Assembly: GCA_011364925.1 (NCBI GenBank)
Contig: RDOA01000006.1
Span: 1-64,000, forward strand
Reading direction: 5' to 3'
Source of the DNA: Promethearchaeota archaeon
GTDB lineage: Archaea; Asgardarchaeota; Lokiarchaeia; Sigyniarchaeales; SOKP01
DNA: 64,000 nt
Part shown: piece by piece, positions 57,791 through 64,000 of the stretch
How positions within the stretch are numbered: position 1 is the first letter of the stretch
Layout: each line of letters opens with the position of its first letter
Translations under genes and position numbers: made by a program
Notes under the pieces: generated by a model
The model's database searches: none
Told to the model about the DNA's origin: nothing
Seen by the model: the letters and a program-made list of their open reading frames with translations, nothing else

Positions 57791-59248
57791 TTATAATTTG
57801 ACTTTCTTAAAGTCTACTTGTCCTATTGCTTTAGATATTTTGGAGAGTTCAGTCGTTAATGTTACTTCTTTTAGATGTGATTTCCGGATATTCCTTAATT
57901 GCGTTAACTGAGGGTTTTCTTCGTTAAATAAGTTAATTTTTTCTTCAGGGTCAGATTTAAGATCAAATAAAAGCTCCGCATTATTTTGCTCATTATAAAT
58001 ATATTTCAATTGGTTTTTCCTAATAGAAATAAGTTGAAATCCATTTTTACTATTACGTTTCATTAACCCATCTTTTTGATATGTCTCCGAAATTACACAA
58101 TCATCTCTTTCTAAAAAACCACCTTCTAATAATGGTAATAGACTTGAACCCTGAAATGAATCTGGTATGGGGATACCAAAGTAATCAAGTATTGTAGGAG
58201 CAATATCAATTAACTGAACTGTGTTGTTGACTCTCCTTACCAGAGTATTCTTACCGATATCAACAATAAACAAAGGTATTCTTAATAATTCATCATATAC
58301 AATCCCTTGATGGAAAAATTTGTCATGTTCGAAAAATGCTTCACCATGATCAGAGGTAACAATAACCAGACAGTTTTTTTGGTATTTTTGGCTCAAAATT
58401 TTAAAGAGATAACTTAAGTATGAATCAATATAATTTATCTCTCCATCGTAGAGAATTTTTAACTTCTCTAACACATCTTTAGAAATACGATGTTTATGAG
58501 GATTTCGATAAATGTTGTTATTTAGGAAGTTCCTTTCCTGATTGCTTATATCAACATGACTTATCTGAAGAACATTTTTTGAAGGTGGATTGAATGGACT
58601 ATGAACATCCATAAAATGTGCCCATAAAAACAAGGATTCAGTATGATTTTTAAGAAAAGGTAAAACTTTATTCGTAATATAAGGAGCATTATATGCGATT
58701 GGCGCGAAGGGTAAAAGAATGTCTGTAAGAAATGGTAGTTTATTCCGCAAGAAATTTTTGAGTTTATTAAAACCTCTTAATCCATAAATCAGTCTCCTAA
58801 AAATTTTTTGATAATTCAATATCTTTTTAATGAAGTGAAGTAAATTTGAAGTTTTTTCCTCATTATCTGGCTTATTCGGATGTTCTTTGAATCTTTCACC
58901 ATCAAGAAAGACATCAAACCCCCTATGATAATTAAAAAATTTACTTAAATTGGGGTTACTGTGTATTCCGTAAGTAAAAATACCACTTTCTTTCAGAATT
59001 TGAGGAAAGGTTAATTTCTGGGACGGTAAAGGGCTAAATCCTCCATTTATAAGAGGCAACATGGAGGTAAAAATTGATGAAAAAGCAGAAGGTGTTTCTG
59101 GTCCATTGGTAAATGCGTTAGAAAAGCTTGTACCATTTTTTACGAACTTTTCTAAATTTGGTGCCGTATTTCGATGATAACCATATGACTTCAAATGATC
59201 TGGCCTTAAAGCATCAATGGTTACTAGAATTACACATTTTTGCACCAT
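57791..59248 (-). CDS. Sulfatase-like (alkaline phosphatase superfamily) hydrolase/transferase
   Basis: ITIDALRPDH, H.MDVHSP, YDGEI, TSDHGE and DIAPTIL motifs; Thr rather than Cys/Ser-x-P-x-R at the nucleophile position (ETPSAFSS). Confidence 0.85.
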   Translation of the reverse strand: MVQKCVILVTIDALRPDHLKSYGYHRNTAPNLEKFVKNGTSFSNAFTNGPETPSAFSSIFTSMLPLINGGFSPLPSQKLTFPQILKESGIFTYGIHSNPNLSKFFNYHRGFDVFLDGERFKEHPNKPDNEEKTSNLLHFIKKILNYQKIFRRLIYGLRGFNKLKNFLRNKLPFLTDILLPFAPIAYNAPYITNKVLPFLKNHTESLFLWAHFMDVHSPFNPPSKNVLQISHVDISNQERNFLNNNIYRNPHKHRISKDVLEKLKILYDGEINYIDSYLSYLFKILSQKYQKNCLVIVTSDHGEAFFEHDKFFHQGIVYDELLRIPLFIVDIGKNTLVRRVNNTVQLIDIAPTILDYFGIPIPDSFQGSSLLPLLEGGFLERDDCVISETYQKDGLMKRNSKNGFQLISIRKNQLKYIYNEQNNAELLFDLKSDPEEKINLFNEENPQLTQLRNIRKSHLKEVTLTTELSKISKAIGQVDFKKVKL

Positions 59249-59342
59249 TCTTTTTTCACTATAATAATATAAGAATAGGATTTTAAATAAAATTTTGAAA
59301 CTTCCCTATGAGAATGCATTATTTGCGCTTTTTTAATTCAAT

Positions 59343-60650
59343 TTAAGTTTTAAATAAATCTATTGGATCCTTCTCCATATAATAGGGTTTTTCTAGTTTA
59401 AATAATTTAAGAATAGTTGGTGCAATTTCTTGATAATGTAGTAGTGGGATTGTCCCCTTTTTAATGTCTTTTCCATAAGCTATGAACATCCCTTTATTCG
59501 TATGACTAAATGTTTCTGTTTTCCTTTTAATAAAGTAAGAGGATTCTGTGGTGAAAAGATATTTATCATCAAGAATCACTACTAAATCAGGAAATCCATT
59601 TACATTAAATTCGATTACTTTTTCAATATATTTATCTCTTTCGAGGGTCTCCTTAATTAATTGTTTCTTCTTTCTCTCCTCACCAATTAAAAATATCGCG
59701 CCTACATTTGATGTAAGCTTTTGAATAAAAGAACGGGGTTTATCCTTATCTAAATGTTGAAGTGCTCTTTGTTTTTTAAGTTCCGAGTCTCTCTTCTTCG
59801 AGATAGCCAATCTATTATATAATTTTTTGGTAAAATCAACCCTCATAATAGGACGTATATAATCATAAAGTTTTATAACAAGACTATTTACCTTCAGCTC
59901 CCTAGCTTTATTTATGTAAAGTAACCTCTTTTTCTCAAGGAACCGGGGAAAGTGAATAACCTTTTTATAAAATTTTAGACCATGGTCACTAAAAATTACA
60001 ATATTGTCAATAGATTTATTATCAATTAATTCTCCGATAAATTTATCAATTTGTTTATATCCAATATTAATGTAAGTATTTACTATCCTTTCGCTACCAA
60101 AAACTCGATGAGAAATAGCGTCTGGCACTCGAATAACAAAGGTAAGTAAATTAAAATCCTCATTTAATTTTTCTAGAAACAGATTTTTCTTGATTTTAAA
60201 GGCTTTGAATATCTCTTTTAGCGTTCTACCTTCTATTATCCAATTTTTTTTGTAAATTTGTTCAAGATTTTTTGGAAATGACGAGAATAAAGGAGATAAT
60301 ATTCCTGCGATCATTTGTCCGTTAATTTCCCAGGCAGGGTATGTTCCAGGGACATTTAAAGCAAAAATTCGAAGAGCTTTTATTGAAAATATTGATTTAT
60401 CCCTCCATACATTTGAATTAAAAACACCTTTAATAGGATGGATAAAAGTAAGATAACCTAGGTTTTCTGGATTTATTCCCGTAAACAAACAAGGCCATGA
60501 AGGAATTGTTGTGTGTGGAGTAGTAACTTCTAATTTTGAGGAAAATCCATTTTCAATTAAATATTTAAGATTAGGTACTTCATTATTTTCAAGCAAATTT
60601 TGAAAACTCTCAAAACAACCTCCATCTATACCGATAATAACATTTTTAAT
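59343..60650 (-). CDS. Type I phosphodiesterase / nucleotide pyrophosphatase-like protein; probable ATT start at 60650
   Basis: The frame extends upstream of 60596 as IKNVIIGIDGG, supplying the first metal-binding Asp. TTPHTTIPSWPCLFTG, D..SH and SDHG motifs follow. Confidence 0.8.
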   Translation of the reverse strand: MKNVIIGIDGGCFESFQNLLENNEVPNLKYLIENGFSSKLEVTTPHTTIPSWPCLFTGINPENLGYLTFIHPIKGVFNSNVWRDKSIFSIKALRIFALNVPGTYPAWEINGQMIAGILSPLFSSFPKNLEQIYKKNWIIEGRTLKEIFKAFKIKKNLFLEKLNEDFNLLTFVIRVPDAISHRVFGSERIVNTYINIGYKQIDKFIGELIDNKSIDNIVIFSDHGLKFYKKVIHFPRFLEKKRLLYINKARELKVNSLVIKLYDYIRPIMRVDFTKKLYNRLAISKKRDSELKKQRALQHLDKDKPRSFIQKLTSNVGAIFLIGEERKKKQLIKETLERDKYIEKVIEFNVNGFPDLVVILDDKYLFTTESSYFIKRKTETFSHTNKGMFIAYGKDIKKGTIPLLHYQEIAPTILKLFKLEKPYYMEKDPIDLFKT

Positions 60651-60969
60651 TAGAGAACACCAAACCTTGAACTATTATTAATTCTTTTATAATTTAAAAG
60701 TAAAGTGACATAAAAAAATTTTGAATGAGGGTTTTTAATGAGTAAAAGTATTTTTACTAATCAAATCTACTTCGATCTAAATTCTCTTTTGAGATTTTTT
60801 AGCTTAAAACATACTAATCATAATTTTATGATTTTTGAGAAAAAATAAGAATCAGTTGCTGTTGTATTAGTTCTAATTTCTATGATGTAAGATTTTTCTA
60901 AAATTTTAAATTATCTTTGAGATTGTTTTAATATAATTTTAATGTGTAATTTATTTCGAAATTGAAAAG

Positions 60970-62145
60970 ATGCTAAATCTTCTTATATTTACCCCTTTAG
61001 CCTTTGAAAATGGAAGAGGTGGAGAAATCTCTGCTATGGAATTAGCTGTAGGTTTAGATCGATATTACAATATTACTTTACTTGATACAAATATAGTGAT
61101 AGGTGACGAAATATTAACAAAGAATTTAATAAAAAATAAGTTAAAAGGGTTAAAAAGAATTGGAAGAATCAAATTTGCAGTATTAAGATTTTTCGACAAA
61201 GTATTTACATTTCCGTATCCTTGGGAAATTGTCAGGCTCTATAAAATAATTAAAAAGAATGATATTATTTATACATCAGCTTTAACAATTAAAACAAATT
61301 TATTGTTAATATTTTTTAAGTTGTTACATAGAAAGGGTAAATTCATAATAGGCCATAGAAAACCTCTCTATAGTGGAAGAGTTTTTTCCTTATATAATCT
61401 CAAGTATCGAATTTCAATTTTAGTATTTTCTCTCTTTAAGAAGAGACTTTATCATCACACAATTTCGAATCACGCTAGAGATTTTCTGAAAACATTTTTT
61501 CCCTCAGATAAGGTAAAGCATATTACTCACGGTGTTGATTTAATAAATTTTTCACAGGGAAAAGCCGTTAAAAAACAAACCGAAGTATTAAAATTTATCT
61601 ATGTAGGATATCTTGATGATGTTCATAAAGGAATAGGTGTTTTATTAGATGCAATAGAGGAAGTACTCCAAAATAACCAAGACTACAAGATACTCTTCGA
61701 ATTCTGTGGTACAGGGCCTTTAAAACCAAAGATTGAAGAATTACAAACAAAGTTTCCAACTTTTGTAATATACCATGGATATATAAGTAATAATCTCATC
61801 CATGAATATTATCAAAATTGCGATGTTTTCCTTCTTACGTCTCGAAGAGAACCGTTTGGAAGAGTATTAGTTGAAGCAATGGCAGCAGGCTTATTAATAG
61901 TAAGTAGCAAAACAATAGGCTCAATAGAGATTTTAAAAGGAAAGGATTTTGGATTTTTCATACAAAAACTTACACCTAAGGGAATTTCAGATAAAATTAT
62001 CGAAGTCTATGATTTATGGTGTAATCAAAAATCGAAATTTAGAGAACTTCAGCAAGAATCCAGGGATTACGCCTTCCAATTTTATTCAGTTGATGTAGAA
62101 GTCCAAATGTTTAAAAATTTAATTGAAAATTTACAAGATAATTAA
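60970..62145 (+). CDS. GT4 glycosyltransferase
   Basis: GRGGE, HGVD, YVGYL..HKG and EPFGRVLVEAMAAG motifs. Confidence 0.9.
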   Translation: MLNLLIFTPLAFENGRGGEISAMELAVGLDRYYNITLLDTNIVIGDEILTKNLIKNKLKGLKRIGRIKFAVLRFFDKVFTFPYPWEIVRLYKIIKKNDIIYTSALTIKTNLLLIFFKLLHRKGKFIIGHRKPLYSGRVFSLYNLKYRISILVFSLFKKRLYHHTISNHARDFLKTFFPSDKVKHITHGVDLINFSQGKAVKKQTEVLKFIYVGYLDDVHKGIGVLLDAIEEVLQNNQDYKILFEFCGTGPLKPKIEELQTKFPTFVIYHGYISNNLIHEYYQNCDVFLLTSRREPFGRVLVEAMAAGLLIVSSKTIGSIEILKGKDFGFFIQKLTPKGISDKIIEVYDLWCNQKSKFRELQQESRDYAFQFYSVDVEVQMFKNLIENLQDN

Positions 62146-62229
62146 CGATTAAGTTTAATTAAGAAAGTTTTTTAGATATATTAAATACATCCTAGTTATA
62201 TTTTACTGATTATTACAATTTAAACTTAG

Positions 62230-63339
62230 ATGTCGAGATTCAAATTAAAAAGTGTTTTATTTATAGGGAATTATGATGAAGAATACTCCCGTAATGCGAT
62301 TTTTATAAAAGGTTTAAGAAAAAACAAGATTATAGTTCATGAATTTAACATTAAATCTTATAATATAATAAAGAATGGTTTAATCTGTCTAAAGAATTTC
62401 AAAAGATTGAATTCTATGAATTATGATTTAATCTTATTGCACGCACCTAACAACATTCAGGTTTTATTCGCGAAACTTCTCTCAAAAATTAAACAAATAC
62501 CTCTAGTTCACGATATCTACATATCAAAACTCCAAACTTTTTATTATGATAGAGATTTGGTTGGTAAAACAAAAATGCCTAGGATATTTTATAAATTCTT
62601 TTATTATCTACAAGATTTTTTTGAATGTGCTATATCAGATCACATTATACTTGATACTTATTCTCACATTCAATATTTTAATCATAAATATAATATTCGG
62701 TTGGTGAAGTTTAGCAGAGTCTTTATTGGTGCTCAAGAAGATAACTTTTTTCCAAGAAAAAAAACTACTATTCAAGACGACAAATTTTTAATAGGATTTT
62801 GGGGAACATTCATACCCTTACAAGGAATTAAATACATAATAGAAGCTGCTAAAATATTGGAGAATGATATTAAAGTACGATTTATCCTAATTGGAGATGG
62901 TCAAACATTCAAAATTTCAAAATTATTAGCAGAAAAGCTACAATTGAAGAATATCGTATTTAAGGGTTTCATACCATTAAGGGAGTTGCCAGAACACATT
63001 TCAAGCTTTGATATTGGTTTAGGTATTTTTGGAGATACTCCTAAAACAGTTCAAGTTATCCCAAATAAAGTTTTTGAGGGTAACGCAATGAAGCTGCCAA
63101 TGATTTCTTGCGATAGTAGTGCAATTCGTGAACTGTTTACTCACGAAAAAGATATATTTTTATGTAAGCGAGCAAATTCGGAATCGATTGCGAACGCGAT
63201 CTTAACAATGAAAAATAATGATGATTTAAGAGAAAAAATAAAGAAGAATGCTTATGATATCTTTACTAAATTTTGTTCAATCAATGCATTAGCTTTTAGA
63301 TTAATAGAAATACTAGAGAAGATCTTGAATCAATATTAG
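62230..63339 (+). CDS. GT4 glycosyltransferase
   Basis: YSRN, GTFIPLQG, IGDG and VIPNKVFE motifs. Confidence 0.88.
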   Translation: MSRFKLKSVLFIGNYDEEYSRNAIFIKGLRKNKIIVHEFNIKSYNIIKNGLICLKNFKRLNSMNYDLILLHAPNNIQVLFAKLLSKIKQIPLVHDIYISKLQTFYYDRDLVGKTKMPRIFYKFFYYLQDFFECAISDHIILDTYSHIQYFNHKYNIRLVKFSRVFIGAQEDNFFPRKKTTIQDDKFLIGFWGTFIPLQGIKYIIEAAKILENDIKVRFILIGDGQTFKISKLLAEKLQLKNIVFKGFIPLRELPEHISSFDIGLGIFGDTPKTVQVIPNKVFEGNAMKLPMISCDSSAIRELFTHEKDIFLCKRANSESIANAILTMKNNDDLREKIKKNAYDIFTKFCSINALAFRLIEILEKILNQY

Positions 63340-63360
63340 TCTTAGCAATAATTTTATGGA

Positions 63361-63999
63361 CTATCTTTTTTTCTTTTTAATATAACCGATTCCTGCCCAT
63401 TGCTGATCCCAATCTTCTACAATTTCTAAATACTCATAATCTTCTTTAATTTCGTTCCATAATTTATTGACATTAACATCCTGATCGCCCGGATGAACAA
63501 CAATATCATGAAAACCAACAATTCCTTGCTCGTTAAGTAAAGATTTATACATTTCGAAATCCTTTTTAACTCCTCTATATGTATGATCACCATCAAGAAA
63601 GAGAAGATCGACTTTTTTATCTTTTAATAAGTTCTGGACCTTTTTTAGAGTGAACTTTGAATGTGAATCAGCGCGAATTAAAAATATCTTCTGATTTTTG
63701 GAAACAAAGCTTTTATAGAGAGGAACTCTGTATTTAGGATACCCCCCACCAAATTTTGCCCTTGGTAAATCAATACTTATAATAATGGCATCATTTGTAG
63801 CAATTCTTGAAAGCAAGAATAATGTACCTCCTTTCATAGTGCCAATTTCTACAATAACATGTAGTTTTTGTGGTTTTAGCAATTCTAGTAGTTGTATAAT
63901 TTCTGATGTCTTTTGCTTTGGCTTAATCAATCCTTCGTATGTTTTATATGTAAAATCTACTAAGCTTTTTATTGAATAATTTTTAGTTAAGCGCTTGAT
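63361..63999 (-). CDS. Class I SAM-dependent methyltransferase (Methyltransf_24-like), 5'-truncated by the window edge
   Basis: VEIGT..GGT, IDL, DLLFLDGDH.Y and FHDI motifs; the frame stays open from 63930 to the window end (IKRLTKNYSIKSLVDFTYKTYEGL...). Confidence 0.88.
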   Translation of the reverse strand: MKRLTKNYSIKSLVDFTYKTYEGLIKPKQKTSEIIQLLELLKPQKLHVIVEIGTMKGGTLFLLSRIATNDAIIISIDLPRAKFGGGYPKYRVPLYKSFVSKNQKIFLIRADSHSKFTLKKVQNLLKDKKVDLLFLDGDHTYRGVKKDFEMYKSLLNEQGIVGFHDIVVHPGDQDVNVNKLWNEIKEDYEYLEIVEDWDQQWAGIGYIKKKKR

Positions 64000-64000
64000 T

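Noticed and set aside
1-64000. tRNA, rRNA, CRISPR arrays, transposases/integrases, and the remaining short overlapping ORFs in the track
   Set aside because: No such elements were recognised by eye (tRNAscan-SE/Infernal not run). The short ORFs overlap well-supported genes on the opposite strand or in another frame and lack motifs.

Overview
AT-rich archaeal chromosomal segment, most consistent with an Asgard archaeon of the Lokiarchaeia. This is inferred from the Rab-like GTPase, the roadblock and longin domains, a Vps29-like protein, an LRR protein, a RadA with a Rad51-type Walker A, archaeal PheRS/TyrRS/PPAT and GGTGA-type SD sites. The window holds about 50 CDS: a P-type Ca2+-ATPase, a roadblock-Rab GTPase fusion, a 1871-aa Ig-repeat/TM/longin receptor-like protein, radA, a divergent PGI, lysC, a serpin, an RHH regulator, two glycosylation clusters, a hutU-hutH-hutI + formiminotransferase histidine pathway, AOR/LRR/Fe-ADH/SCP2, tyrS, ppdK, coaD, pheS-pheT-pheA and a bacterial-type rph. 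I recognised no rRNA, tRNA, CRISPR array or transposase. The strongest signals the ORF track misses are: (1) a probable HesB-like selenoprotein with an in-frame UGA in a U-x-x-C-x-C motif and a eukaryote-like AUGA/GA SECIS hairpin directly after its stop codon; (2) a Phe-rich leader peptide plus hairpin ahead of pheS-pheT-pheA, a candidate archaeal attenuator; (3) repeated use of ATA/ATT start codons; (4) an 11-bp-phased TGATCA operator array at the RHH gene; and (5) a 45-bp direct repeat bracketing the serpin gene. All family calls come from motif recognition by eye; no searches were run.
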